From an uncultured Oscillospiraceae bacterium (GTDB lineage: Bacteria > Bacillota > Clostridia > Oscillospirales > Ruminococcaceae), in NCBI GenBank assembly GCA_964587555.1, contig CAZPLR010000001.1, forward strand, positions 4,381 through 68,380: DNA of 64,000 bases, written 5' to 3'. Made by a program: the position numbers and the translations under genes. The notes beneath the pieces were generated by a model. That model saw nothing but the letters and a program-made list of their open reading frames with translations, had not been told where the DNA came from and ran no database searches. This document shows positions 1 through 9,644 of this stretch, piece by piece. The stretch's first letter is position 1, and each line of letters opens with the position of its first letter.

Positions 1-61
1 AAAAGATGTTGAAACATTCTGGTATTTCCATAAGCGGTAAAATGTGCGAAAGGAAGCTTGG

Positions 62-1552
62 ATGGAACTGCATCTTTTGTTTGCGTCGGCAGGGGTTAAG
101 GCAAAATACCTTCGTCCGCTGCCGTTATCAGTACAGATAGAAAAAATCGTCTTGGAAGCGGAGAGCGCGTGCGGGAACGCTTTGTTTCTCTGCATCAAAG
201 GCAGGCATTACGATAGCCATGCCGATGCGCCGAGGGCTGCTGCACAAGGCGCAGTCGTTGTTGGGAGCAGTCCCGCCTCCGGTGTGGATATCGTCGTGGA
301 GAACAGCAGGGAAGCGCTTTCGCTTTTACTGTGCGCGCTTTATCGTCATCCGGATCGGCGCATGCAGTTTATAGGCGTGACGGGGACCAACGGAAAAACG
401 ACCGTTTCCCACCTGCTATGGCAGCTTTTGCTCGGCGTAAAGAAAAGCGCCGGCTGGATTGGGACGCTCGGCGCGTTTTACGCAGGAAAGCAGGTCAAGG
501 AGAGCAGGACGACTCCGCAGCCGGAAGAATTATGGCGGCTGATTGCGGATATGAATCACTGTGGGATTGAAGCAGTTTCAATGGAGGTTTCCTCGCAGGC
601 GATCGACCAGTCCCGCACAGCGGGAATCCGGTTCTCGCTCGGCGTATTTACCAACCTGACCCGCGATCATTTGGATTATCACGGCGATATGGAGCGGTAT
701 TTTGCGGCGAAGGAGGCGCTTTTTTCCCAGTGCAGGGCAGCGCTGATCAATATCGATGATCCGTACGGCGAGCGGCTTTACCGCACGCTTAAGGGCACGG
801 ATAGGAAGGCGTCGTTTTCCGCCGAGGGAGCGGATGCGGATTATCAAATGACAATGCTTGATTGCGGGCTGGATGGCGGACGGTTTACGCTTTTTGAGCA
901 GGAAAGCGGAAAAAGCGAGGAATTTTTTCTGCCGCTGATCGGAAAGCCGCTGTGCGTTGACGCCGCGCTTGCAATTGTCAGCGCGAGACTGTGCTTCGGC
1001 GTCGCGTTTGCGCAGGCAAAAAATGCGCTTCGCGGTTATCAGCCAGTGCGCGGGCGAGCCGAGCGGATTACAGTCGACGCGCCGTTTACAGTGATCTGTG
1101 ATTACGCGCATACGCCGGATGCGCTCAAGCGGCTGTTTGCCCAGCTTCATGCGCTGAAAAAGCCGGAAGGCCGGCTGATCGCCGTTTATGGCTGCGGCGG
1201 CGAGCGCGATAAAGGAAAGCGCCCGCTTATGGCTGCCGCAGGCGCGCTTGCGGATGTTCTGATCCTCACCTCGGATAATCCGAGAGGGGAAAATCCGGAA
1301 AATATTTTAAAGGATATGAAAAAGGGCTTGCTTAATGGGCAAAAATGCAGTACAATAGTAAACCGAACGGAGGCGATCTCCTTTGCGCTGGAAATGGCAA
1401 AAAAGGATGATATCGTCGCGCTCTGTGGAAAAGGACATGAGGATTACCAGATCGTAGGGGACGCTCGGCTGCCGATGGACGAAAGAGAACTGGTTAAACA
1501 GGCGATGCGGGAGATCGGCGCAAAGCGTGCTATGCAAAAGAACGACGGATAA
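62..1552 (+). CDS. murE: UDP-N-acetylmuramoyl-L-alanyl-D-glutamate--2,6-diaminopimelate ligase
   Basis: Mur ligase P-loop GVTGTNGKTT and the meso-DAP-type DNPR motif (TSDNPRGENP). First gene of a dcw-like cluster. The track ORF opens at GTG 44, but ATG 62 follows the RBS AAAGGAAG. Confidence 0.93.
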   Translation: MELHLLFASAGVKAKYLRPLPLSVQIEKIVLEAESACGNALFLCIKGRHYDSHADAPRAAAQGAVVVGSSPASGVDIVVENSREALSLLLCALYRHPDRRMQFIGVTGTNGKTTVSHLLWQLLLGVKKSAGWIGTLGAFYAGKQVKESRTTPQPEELWRLIADMNHCGIEAVSMEVSSQAIDQSRTAGIRFSLGVFTNLTRDHLDYHGDMERYFAAKEALFSQCRAALINIDDPYGERLYRTLKGTDRKASFSAEGADADYQMTMLDCGLDGGRFTLFEQESGKSEEFFLPLIGKPLCVDAALAIVSARLCFGVAFAQAKNALRGYQPVRGRAERITVDAPFTVICDYAHTPDALKRLFAQLHALKKPEGRLIAVYGCGGERDKGKRPLMAAAGALADVLILTSDNPRGENPENILKDMKKGLLNGQKCSTIVNRTEAISFALEMAKKDDIVALCGKGHEDYQIVGDARLPMDERELVKQAMREIGAKRAMQKNDG

Positions 1553-1594
1553 GATAAGGTTGTGGGCGTAAAACCGCCCGAAAGGAGAAGCGGT

Positions 1595-2992
1595 ATGGAA
1601 AAAATGTCATTTCAGGCGATATTGAAAGCGACCGGCGGCAGGCAGGGCTGCAAATCAGATATTTTCGATGCGGCGCAGGCGTATATCACCGGCGTTAAGA
1701 CCGACAGCCGAAAGATCGCGCCGGGAGATTTATTTGTCGCGATCAAGGGTGAGCATTTTGATGGTAATGCGTATGTCGAGCAGGCGCTGCAAAAGGGTGC
1801 TGCGGCGGTTTTGACCGTCAGGAATGTCTGCGATCCGCGTGTGATCGTGGTCGAGGACACTGTCAAGGCGCTGATGGCGACAGCAAAGGCGTATCGACGC
1901 AATTTCTTTGCTTTCGTGGTCGGCGTGACGGGCAGCGTTGGCAAAACCTCCACCAAAGAGATGATCTATGCGGTGCTTTCCGCGCATCATAAAACCTTAA
2001 AGACCGATGGAAACCACAATAACGAGATCGGTCTGCCGCTGACGCTGTTTGAGCTGGACGACAGTTATCGCTATGCGGTCATTGAGATGGGAATGAGCGG
2101 ATTCGGCGAGATCACTGAGCTTTCCAAGGTCGCTTATCCGAATGTTGGCGTGATTACCAATATCGGAATTTCCCATATCGAGGTGCTGAAAAGCAGGGAG
2201 AATATCCTGAAGGCAAAAATGGAGATTGTCAACGGGATGCAGTCGGACGCACCTCTCATTTTAAACACCGATGATGACCTGCTGCGTAAAACCGCTGAAA
2301 CGCTTGAACGCCCGGCGCTCACCTATGGTATCGACCAGTATGCCGATATCATGGCAAGCAATATCCGCATAAACGGCTATAGTACCGAGTTTGACATCAC
2401 CGCTTATGGTCTGAGCCATCATGCAGTGATCCCGACCATCGGCAAGCATAATGTTTATAACGCGCTTGCCGCGTTTGCGGTGGGGTTAACTGTGGATATG
2501 CAGCCGCAGCAGATTATCAAGGCGCTTTTCCATTACCAAAACGCGGCGATGCGGCAGGAAATTAAGGAGATCGGCGGGTGTAAATTTATCATCGACTGCT
2601 ATAACGCCAGCCCAGATTCGATGAAGGCGGCGCTCTCGGTGCTTTCGGATATCGAATGCACCGGCGCTGCAAAGCGTGTCGCAGTGCTTGGGGATATGCT
2701 GGAGCTGGGCGAGATCAGTGAGGAGCAGCATTTTGAGATCGGCAAGTTTGCCTCACGCTCGAAGCTGGATATCTTGATCTGCTATGGCGATATGGCAAGA
2801 CATATCAAGCGCGGCGCGCTCATTTCCGGTATGCGCAGCGTGGTCTTCTTTGATAAAAAGGAGGAAGCGAGCGCATACTTGACCAAGGTGCTTAGAAAAG
2901 GGGACGTGGTTCTTTTTAAAGCAAGCCGTGGTATGGCGCTTGAGGAGATCATTGAGCAGACACAGAAAGAGCTTGCGCAAAATAATCAATAA
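1595..2992 (+). CDS. murF: UDP-N-acetylmuramoyl-tripeptide--D-alanyl-D-alanine ligase
   Basis: P-loop VVGVTGSVGKTSTKEM and Mur ligase architecture, directly after murE. ATG 1595 is preceded by AAAGGAGAAG; the track ORF opens at GTG 1562. Confidence 0.93.
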   Translation: MEKMSFQAILKATGGRQGCKSDIFDAAQAYITGVKTDSRKIAPGDLFVAIKGEHFDGNAYVEQALQKGAAAVLTVRNVCDPRVIVVEDTVKALMATAKAYRRNFFAFVVGVTGSVGKTSTKEMIYAVLSAHHKTLKTDGNHNNEIGLPLTLFELDDSYRYAVIEMGMSGFGEITELSKVAYPNVGVITNIGISHIEVLKSRENILKAKMEIVNGMQSDAPLILNTDDDLLRKTAETLERPALTYGIDQYADIMASNIRINGYSTEFDITAYGLSHHAVIPTIGKHNVYNALAAFAVGLTVDMQPQQIIKALFHYQNAAMRQEIKEIGGCKFIIDCYNASPDSMKAALSVLSDIECTGAAKRVAVLGDMLELGEISEEQHFEIGKFASRSKLDILICYGDMARHIKRGALISGMRSVVFFDKKEEASAYLTKVLRKGDVVLFKASRGMALEEIIEQTQKELAQNNQ

Positions 2993-3003
2993 AACATAAG
3001 AGG

Positions 3004-4017
3004 ATGGATTTGGGTATGACTTTGACAATTTCACTTTTGGCTGTGGTTTTAGCGTTTTTGATCTCCGCTTTGTCTGGTAAAATATTGATTCCGTTTCTGC
3101 ATAAACTGAATTTTGGACAGACCATTAACGATTTAGGCCCAACCTGGCACAAAAAGAAACAGGGGACGCCAGTGATGGGCGGTTTTATGTTCATTATCGG
3201 CAGTTTGGTCGCGATTGCGGCGTGCGTCGCGCTTTATTACGGCATGGGCAACAGTATGGAGCAGCCGGAGCTGATCCGGCTGCTTGACGGACTGTTTTTG
3301 ATGATCGGCTGCGGATTGATCGGTTTTTTTGACGACTATATTAAGGTGGTCAAAAAGCGCAACCTTGGCTTGACCGAGATACAAAAGCTTGTTTTGCAGA
3401 TTTCGGTGGCGGTTGTTTATCTGCTGACAATGCAGCTTTCTGGCGCTGCGACAACTGTGGTTGGAATCCCGTTTATCGGGCAGGTGGATTTCGGTTGGAT
3501 CTATTGGCCGTTTATGTTGGTTTTGATCGTTGGCTTTACCAACGCCGTCAACCTGACCGACGGCGTCGACGGGCTTTGCGCTTCGGTGACGGTAATCTAC
3601 TGCGCGGCGTTTATGGTGATATCCGGAATGCTGCATATGGCCGGAAGCAATATGATTGCAAGCGCAGTGGCGGGCGGAGCACTCGGATTTTTGATCTGGA
3701 ATTTCCATCCGGCAAAGGTATTCATGGGCGACACCGGCTCGATGTATTTGGGCGGCACAGTCGTTGCGCTGGCGTTTATGATCAATCAGCCGGTTATTAT
3801 CTTTATCGCTGGGCTGCTCTATTTTATTGAAGCCTTTTCGGTCATTCTGCAGGTGCTTTCGGTGAAGCTGCGCGGCAAGCGCATCTTTAAGATGAGCCCA
3901 ATCCACCACCATTTTGAGATGTGCAATTGGTCAGAGGTGAAAATTGTCGCTGTTTTTTCCGCTTTTACGCTGATCTGCTGCGTGGCGGCAGTATTCGGCG
4001 CGGTGAAGATCGCGTAA
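3004..4017 (+). CDS. mraY: phospho-N-acetylmuramoyl-pentapeptide transferase
   Basis: Polytopic membrane protein with the MraY motifs NAVNLTDGVDGL and FMGDTGSMYLGG. ATG 3016 is an alternative start. Confidence 0.95.
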   Translation: MDLGMTLTISLLAVVLAFLISALSGKILIPFLHKLNFGQTINDLGPTWHKKKQGTPVMGGFMFIIGSLVAIAACVALYYGMGNSMEQPELIRLLDGLFLMIGCGLIGFFDDYIKVVKKRNLGLTEIQKLVLQISVAVVYLLTMQLSGAATTVVGIPFIGQVDFGWIYWPFMLVLIVGFTNAVNLTDGVDGLCASVTVIYCAAFMVISGMLHMAGSNMIASAVAGGALGFLIWNFHPAKVFMGDTGSMYLGGTVVALAFMINQPVIIFIAGLLYFIEAFSVILQVLSVKLRGKRIFKMSPIHHHFEMCNWSEVKIVAVFSAFTLICCVAAVFGAVKIA

Positions 4018-4076
4018 TCTATTCGTAAAAAGGGGAGTATTGGGCTTCTAAGCAGAAAGGATGGGTCGAGGGTACG

Positions 4077-5444
4077 ATGGCGAGGGATAAAGAGCCGCGC
4101 GCTTCTGCCGCAGAGCGGAAGGAAAAATCCAATAAGCAAAAGACCGTGAAGGAAAAGAATAAAAAGCATCGCCCGCACACCTATGGCGAGCTGATGGCAA
4201 AGCAGCAGGGTAACGCCGCAGGAGACACGCGGCGCTCCTCCTATCAGCCGTATCGCTCCAAGGTAAACGGTGTGAAGGTAAAGCGCCCGGGAGTCGATCC
4301 TATTTTTCTAATTCTTCTTTGCATCCTGCTTGGTTTTGGGCTGTTGATGCTGTTTTCGGCAAGCTATGCAAACGCGATGTATTATGAGGGAGATAGCTTT
4401 TATTATATCAAGCGTCAGACGATCTTTATCATGATCGGCTTTGTCGGGATGTACGTTGCGTCGCGCATCGACTATACCAATTACAAAAAGCTGCATCTGT
4501 CAAAGGAGAAAATGCAGAAGCCGTTTTGGAAGAAATTCGCCGTTTCCATGCCGTATGTGTTGTACGGCGTGACGCTTGTGCTGTTAGCCATAACGCTGGT
4601 GATGCGTCCGCATAACGATGCCCATCGTTGGATTAACATCGGCAGCTTTTCATTCCAGCCTTCAGATATCATGAAATTCTGTCTGATCGTGCTGTTTGCG
4701 GCATATATTGATAAGCATTACCGCGACATCGCCGCGCACAGCTTTAAGTACGGCGTGCTTTACTATGTGGCGTTTCTAATCCCGGTTGCGTTTATCATGC
4801 TGTTGCAGCCGCATGTTTCCGGCACGATCATCATGATGCTGATTACGGCGGTTATGATGCTGATGGGCGGTACAAAGCTGCGGTATTTTGCCGGGCTTGC
4901 GGGCTGCGGCTTTGCGGGCGTTGCGGGCATCGTTATCATTAAGGGCGTCGGTTATGTGCAGGAGCGTCTGGTTGGCTGGCTTGACCCGATGTCGGATATT
5001 TCAGACTCGACTTGGCAGACGCTTCAAGGGCTTGTCTGTATTGCGACCGGGGGGTTCTGGGGAAAGGGCTTTGGCAATTCCTATCAAAAATATCTCTTTT
5101 TGCCGGAGCCGCAGAATGACTTTGTGTTTGCGATCGTCTGCGAGGAATTGGGACTATTGGGCGCATTTTTGGTAATCGGGCTGTTTGGGCTTTTGATTTG
5201 GCGCGGTTATTCAATCGCCCGAAGGGCAAAGGATCGATTTGGCATGCTGCTTGGCATCGGCATCATTTCGCAGGTTGCGATCCAAGTGCTGCTGAATATC
5301 GCGGTCGTCACCAAAACGATTCCGAACACCGGCGTTTCGCTACCGTTTTTCAGCTACGGCGGTACGTCGCTTTGTATTTTGATGACCGAAATGGGCATTA
5401 TCCTGAATATTTCGCGGCATGTCAACGCGATGAAGGCAAAATAA
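4077..5444 (+). CDS. ftsW: SEDS-family peptidoglycan glycosyltransferase (FtsW/SpoVE type)
   Basis: C-terminal SEDS signature IPNTGVSLPFFSYGGTS and about 10 hydrophobic segments, positioned between mraY and murG. It has a Lys/Arg-rich N-terminal tail of about 75 aa. Confidence 0.85.
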   Translation: MARDKEPRASAAERKEKSNKQKTVKEKNKKHRPHTYGELMAKQQGNAAGDTRRSSYQPYRSKVNGVKVKRPGVDPIFLILLCILLGFGLLMLFSASYANAMYYEGDSFYYIKRQTIFIMIGFVGMYVASRIDYTNYKKLHLSKEKMQKPFWKKFAVSMPYVLYGVTLVLLAITLVMRPHNDAHRWINIGSFSFQPSDIMKFCLIVLFAAYIDKHYRDIAAHSFKYGVLYYVAFLIPVAFIMLLQPHVSGTIIMMLITAVMMLMGGTKLRYFAGLAGCGFAGVAGIVIIKGVGYVQERLVGWLDPMSDISDSTWQTLQGLVCIATGGFWGKGFGNSYQKYLFLPEPQNDFVFAIVCEELGLLGAFLVIGLFGLLIWRGYSIARRAKDRFGMLLGIGIISQVAIQVLLNIAVVTKTIPNTGVSLPFFSYGGTSLCILMTEMGIILNISRHVNAMKAK

Positions 5445-5480
5445 GCCGTGCAGGACGCGGCGCTTGAAAGGAAGATTGGA

Positions 5481-6608
5481 ATGAGAGTTTTGATTTCCGG
5501 AGGCGGCACAGCGGGGCATATCAATCCCGCGCTTGCCATTGCGCAGGAGTTTCGGGCAAATGACCCGGATGGTGCCATTTTATTTGTCGGTACGCCAAAC
5601 GGCATGGAGGCAGATCTGATAAAGCGTGCCGGATTTGACTTCCAAGGGATTCCGGTAATGGGCTTTTACCGCTCCTTTTCGCCTTCATCGATGCTGCATA
5701 ACGCGCGGGCGGTATATGAGGCACAGGCGGCGAAGCTGCGTGCCAAGCGGCTTTTAAAGGAGTTTAAGCCGGATATTGTCATCGGCACCGGCGGATATGT
5801 CTGCGGACCGGTTGTTTTGCAGGCGGAAAAGATGGGAATCCGCACCGCGCTGCATGAGCAGAATGCGTTTCCGGGGATGACCATCCGGATGCTTGCGCCG
5901 AAAGCGGATTATCTGTTTTTGGCAGTGGAAGAGGCAAAGGAGCATCTTCCGCAGGGCTGCAAGCATATTTCGGTGGTCGGAAACCCGGTCAGAGCGCAGA
6001 TACTGAAAGCGGACCGCAAAAAGGCAAGAGAAAAGCTTGGCATCCCAGAGGGGCAGTTTACCATTCTTTCGTTCGGCGGCAGCTTGGGTGCGGATACCAT
6101 CAATAAAATGGCGGCGGATCTGATCGCGTGGCATAAGGATTTGGGGAATATCCGCCATATCCATGGTTACGGCAGACTTGGTAAGGAAAAGTTTCCGGCG
6201 CTGATGAGAGAGCAAGGCACGGATCTGAGCCGCTATCCATTGATTACAGCGAGCGAGTACATCTATAATATTCAGGACGCGATTGCAGCCTGCGACTTAA
6301 TCATCTGCCGCTGCGGGGCGCTGTCGCTTGCGGAGCTTGAGGTGCTTGGAAAGCCTTCTATTCTGGTTCCATCTCCGAACGTTACCGCAAACCATCAGTA
6401 CTATAACGGCATGGTGCTTGTTAACCGCGGCGCTGCCGTAATGATCGAGGAGAAGGATTATGATAAGGCGCGTTTTTTGGAAATTGTAAGGGACTTTGCA
6501 GAGCATCCGGAAAAATGCGCGGCGTACGGCGAGAATGCGAGGAAGCTTGCGGTAACCGATACCGCCTCCCGTATTTACCATACGCTGGTCGATCAGGCGG
6601 CGGAGTGA
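5481..6608 (+). CDS. murG: UDP-N-acetylglucosamine--N-acetylmuramyl-(pentapeptide) pyrophosphoryl-undecaprenol N-acetylglucosamine transferase
   Basis: N-terminal G-loop ISGGGTAGHINPALAIA and a GT28 fold. ATG 5481 is preceded by AAAGGAAG; the track ORF opens at GTG 5448. Confidence 0.93.
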   Translation: MRVLISGGGTAGHINPALAIAQEFRANDPDGAILFVGTPNGMEADLIKRAGFDFQGIPVMGFYRSFSPSSMLHNARAVYEAQAAKLRAKRLLKEFKPDIVIGTGGYVCGPVVLQAEKMGIRTALHEQNAFPGMTIRMLAPKADYLFLAVEEAKEHLPQGCKHISVVGNPVRAQILKADRKKAREKLGIPEGQFTILSFGGSLGADTINKMAADLIAWHKDLGNIRHIHGYGRLGKEKFPALMREQGTDLSRYPLITASEYIYNIQDAIAACDLIICRCGALSLAELEVLGKPSILVPSPNVTANHQYYNGMVLVNRGAAVMIEEKDYDKARFLEIVRDFAEHPEKCAAYGENARKLAVTDTASRIYHTLVDQAAE

Positions 6609-6619
6609 GACTTATTTAC

Positions 6620-7936
6620 TCACGGCATATACGGCAGATCTGCGGTTTCGTCCTCGGCTGGCTCGATATCTACGCCGAGTGCGGATAAATTCTGCGCAAA
6701 ATGGTCGTAACCTCTGCGGATGCAGGAAACGCCGTGCAGGATGCTTTTCCCCTCGGCTGCTGCTGCCGCAAGGGCGAGCGCTGCCCCGCCGCGCAGATCC
6801 GGCGAGAGCAGATGTCTGCCGACAAGCCTTGCTTTTTCGGTGATGGCGGCGGTTTTTCCCTCGATTGTGATATGCGCACCCATCTGGATGAGCTGTGCCG
6901 CATGGGAGAAGCGGTTTTCAAAGATCGATTCGTAAAAGCTGCTCGGGGAAGCCGCCGTACACAGCATCGCCAAAAAGAGCGGCTGCATATCGGTCGCAAA
7001 GCCGGGATACGGCGCGGTAACAACCCGCCCAACGCCCGAAAGCTCCTTTGGCGCACAGAGGTATAGCCCGCCATCCTTTTCCGCAATCCGGCAGCCGGAA
7101 CGCCGGTAGAGCGTGCAGGCGTAGGGGAGCAGCGGCTCGGTGATATTCGGAATCAAAAGTTCGCCGCCGGTTGCCGCAGCCATGCAGAGGTAGGTTGCCG
7201 CCGCAATGCGGTCTGGCATCAGCTTGTAGGCGCTTGAAAGACTTGTTTTGCATGTTCTTGGCGAGCCGGAGATGACGTAACGGCGTTTTCCGGCTCGCTC
7301 GGCCAAAAAACCGCGCGAACGCAGGAACGCGATAAAATCCAAGACCTCCGGCTCGCAGGCGGCGTTTTCCAAGATTGTTTCGCCATCGGCGCCGCAGGCG
7401 GCAAGGATGATGTTTTCTGTCGCGCCGACGCTTGGAAACGGCAGGATGATATGACAGCCGGTCAGCGCGTCGCATTCTCCAGAAATGCAGTCAGGGGCGG
7501 TTTCGATAAATCGCGCGCCCATCTTGGTCAGCGCCTGTAAATGGAAATCAATCGGGCGCTTGCCCAAAAAACACCCGCCCGGCATGGAGAATACGATTTT
7601 GTGAAAACGGGCGAGCATCGCGCCCAGAAAAATGAAGGCGCCGCGCGTCTTTGCCATCAGCTTTGGCGGAATGGCAAGCGGCAGGGCATTTTCGCTGTTT
7701 AAGACAAGCCTGTTTTGCTCTGCGGTAATCTCGCAGCCCAAATGGGCTAAAATTTCACAAACCGCATCTTTATCGGTGATCTGCGGCACTTCGTCCAGTG
7801 TGATGTTTCCCGGACGCAGCAGCGACGCGGCGAGGATTGGGAGCATGCTGTTTTTGCTGCCTTGGATATGTAGAACGCCGCGCACCGTATTTGGGCCGCG
7901 GATCGACAGCGGCTTGTTTTCGGCTCTTTCTTTCAT
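6620..7936 (-). CDS. murA: UDP-N-acetylglucosamine 1-carboxyvinyltransferase
   Basis: EPSP-synthase/MurA fold with the active-site loop MPGGCFLGKRPIDFHL, where the Cys is equivalent to the fosfomycin-target cysteine. The likely start is MKERAENKPLSIRG at 7936, with GGAAAGGAA upstream on the - strand; the track ORF extends to 8059. Confidence 0.92.
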   Translation of the reverse strand: MKERAENKPLSIRGPNTVRGVLHIQGSKNSMLPILAASLLRPGNITLDEVPQITDKDAVCEILAHLGCEITAEQNRLVLNSENALPLAIPPKLMAKTRGAFIFLGAMLARFHKIVFSMPGGCFLGKRPIDFHLQALTKMGARFIETAPDCISGECDALTGCHIILPFPSVGATENIILAACGADGETILENAACEPEVLDFIAFLRSRGFLAERAGKRRYVISGSPRTCKTSLSSAYKLMPDRIAAATYLCMAAATGGELLIPNITEPLLPYACTLYRRSGCRIAEKDGGLYLCAPKELSGVGRVVTAPYPGFATDMQPLFLAMLCTAASPSSFYESIFENRFSHAAQLIQMGAHITIEGKTAAITEKARLVGRHLLSPDLRGGAALALAAAAAEGKSILHGVSCIRRGYDHFAQNLSALGVDIEPAEDETADLPYMP

Positions 7937-8135
7937 GGATGGATCATTCCTTTCCGGAAAAGTCAGGGCTTTCTGCTGATCTGCCTTGGAATCAAACCTT
8001 TTTGTCGGCAAATTTATCACTTTGCTGCAATATATGATAAAACGCGCGGTTTTGCGCACATTTTTCGCAGATTTTTTTCGAGAAAAAAATGCGTGTGTAA
8101 TCGCCAGAGCATAGAAACGGGAAGGAAAGGAGCAT

Positions 8136-9593
8136 GTGCTGGGCGCTTTTGGGATGATTGCCCCGTTTCGCCCGCATCCGAATTGCGTTATGAACGATCA
8201 AAACAACGGAGAGAACAATCGCACGCCGCTGAACGGCAAAGACCCCAAAGAGCATAAGCCATACATATCCCCTGCAATGCTCTCTATCGATCGGGAAGAG
8301 AAGATCGAACGGGAGGAGGAAGAGGCAAAGCGGAAGGCGTTAGACGCCAAGAAATCCGCAAAGGCAAAAAGCACCTCTTATCAGCCGCTTTCCTTCGTGA
8401 TGGCTGATCTGACCGAGAGGGAGGATGCGCCAAAACGCACGCCGCAGTCGAGCGGCGCACAGGGGAGCAGAAGCTTTTCGGCTGAAGAAGAGCAGGTCAT
8501 TCAAAGAGCCGCCGCAAAGAGCGGCGCGCGTAAAAACGCGGTTCAGCCGCCAAAGCGCACAAAGAATCCTCCGATTACAGTCGTACATGGTTCCGGAAAA
8601 AAGTCTGTGCCGCCAGTGGGGGAAAAAGCAAAGCAAAAGCCGTCAGGAGCCAAGAAAAAAGCAAAGCGGCGTTCTGGAAACGGCGATCCTGCTTTAAGGC
8701 GGGCGCCTGCGCCAAAAAAACGTCCGGAAAAGAATAAAAAGCGCCGTAAAAATAATTATCTGCTTTATTATGTGGGCTTTGGCGTCATCGCGATGATCGC
8801 TTTGACCATCCTTTCGCTGACGGTGCTTTTCCCAGTGCGTGAGATCACGGTCGTCCCAACTGATGAAACGATCACGCTGACCGAGGAGCAGCAGCAGGAA
8901 CTTATCACGGCTTCCGGCGTCCTTACTGGAAATAATCTGCTGCGGCTGAATGCCGGCGATATCAGAGAGCGGATCTTAAACGCGAGCAATCTGGTCGACG
9001 ATGTGAAGCTGTCGCGTAAGCTGCCGAGTAAAGCTGTTTTGGAGGTGAACGTTGCAAAGCCGAAGTATGTGCTGTACGCGCAGAAAACCTATTACACAAT
9101 CAGCGAGAATAACCGCGTAATGAATATCACCGACTCGCACGCAGATGTGAAGGGGCTGATGTGCGTCAACGGTTTTTCGGTGGAGGAATGTGCAGTCGGC
9201 AGCTTTTACGACGAATATGCTGTGCTGTCGAATCGGGCAGAGATGGCAAAACAGGCGCTGGAGTCGGAAACTGACAGCGAAAAGAAAGCGGAGCTTGAGG
9301 AGGCTGCGACCGATGCGGCACAGGAATTGAGGCGGTATGAGATGTTTTTAGAGCTGACGGATAAGCTTTCTGAGGCAGGATTTACCGACGTTACCTACGT
9401 TTCACTCAAGCTTTCTTCCGATATCTGCTTTACCTACGCCGGACGCATTCGGGTTAATCTCGGCGGCTATACCGACATCGACTATAAGCTCTCGCTGGCG
9501 AGCGAGATCATCTTTACACAATTGGAAGAAAACGTAAAGGGGACCTTGAATCTGACCGTGCCGAGCCTGCCGGGTTTTCAAAAGTCAAAATGA
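8136..9593 (+). CDS. ftsQ: cell division protein FtsQ/DivIB-like (long disordered N-terminus)
   Basis: Single TM helix (YLLYYVGFGVIAMIALTILSLTVLF) followed by a POTRA-like segment (VREITVV...NLLRLN), in the dcw cluster position. The N-terminal 207 aa or so are low-complexity and Lys/Pro/Ala-rich. The start codon is uncertain (GTG 8136, ATG 8154 or ATG 8190). Confidence 0.65.
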   Translation: MLGAFGMIAPFRPHPNCVMNDQNNGENNRTPLNGKDPKEHKPYISPAMLSIDREEKIEREEEEAKRKALDAKKSAKAKSTSYQPLSFVMADLTEREDAPKRTPQSSGAQGSRSFSAEEEQVIQRAAAKSGARKNAVQPPKRTKNPPITVVHGSGKKSVPPVGEKAKQKPSGAKKKAKRRSGNGDPALRRAPAPKKRPEKNKKRRKNNYLLYYVGFGVIAMIALTILSLTVLFPVREITVVPTDETITLTEEQQQELITASGVLTGNNLLRLNAGDIRERILNASNLVDDVKLSRKLPSKAVLEVNVAKPKYVLYAQKTYYTISENNRVMNITDSHADVKGLMCVNGFSVEECAVGSFYDEYAVLSNRAEMAKQALESETDSEKKAELEEAATDAAQELRRYEMFLELTDKLSEAGFTDVTYVSLKLSSDICFTYAGRIRVNLGGYTDIDYKLSLASEIIFTQLEENVKGTLNLTVPSLPGFQKSK

Positions 9594-9644
9594 TTCTGTG
9601 CCGACAGAACGGCAAAACATATCAGTTTGGAAGGATTGGATAAA

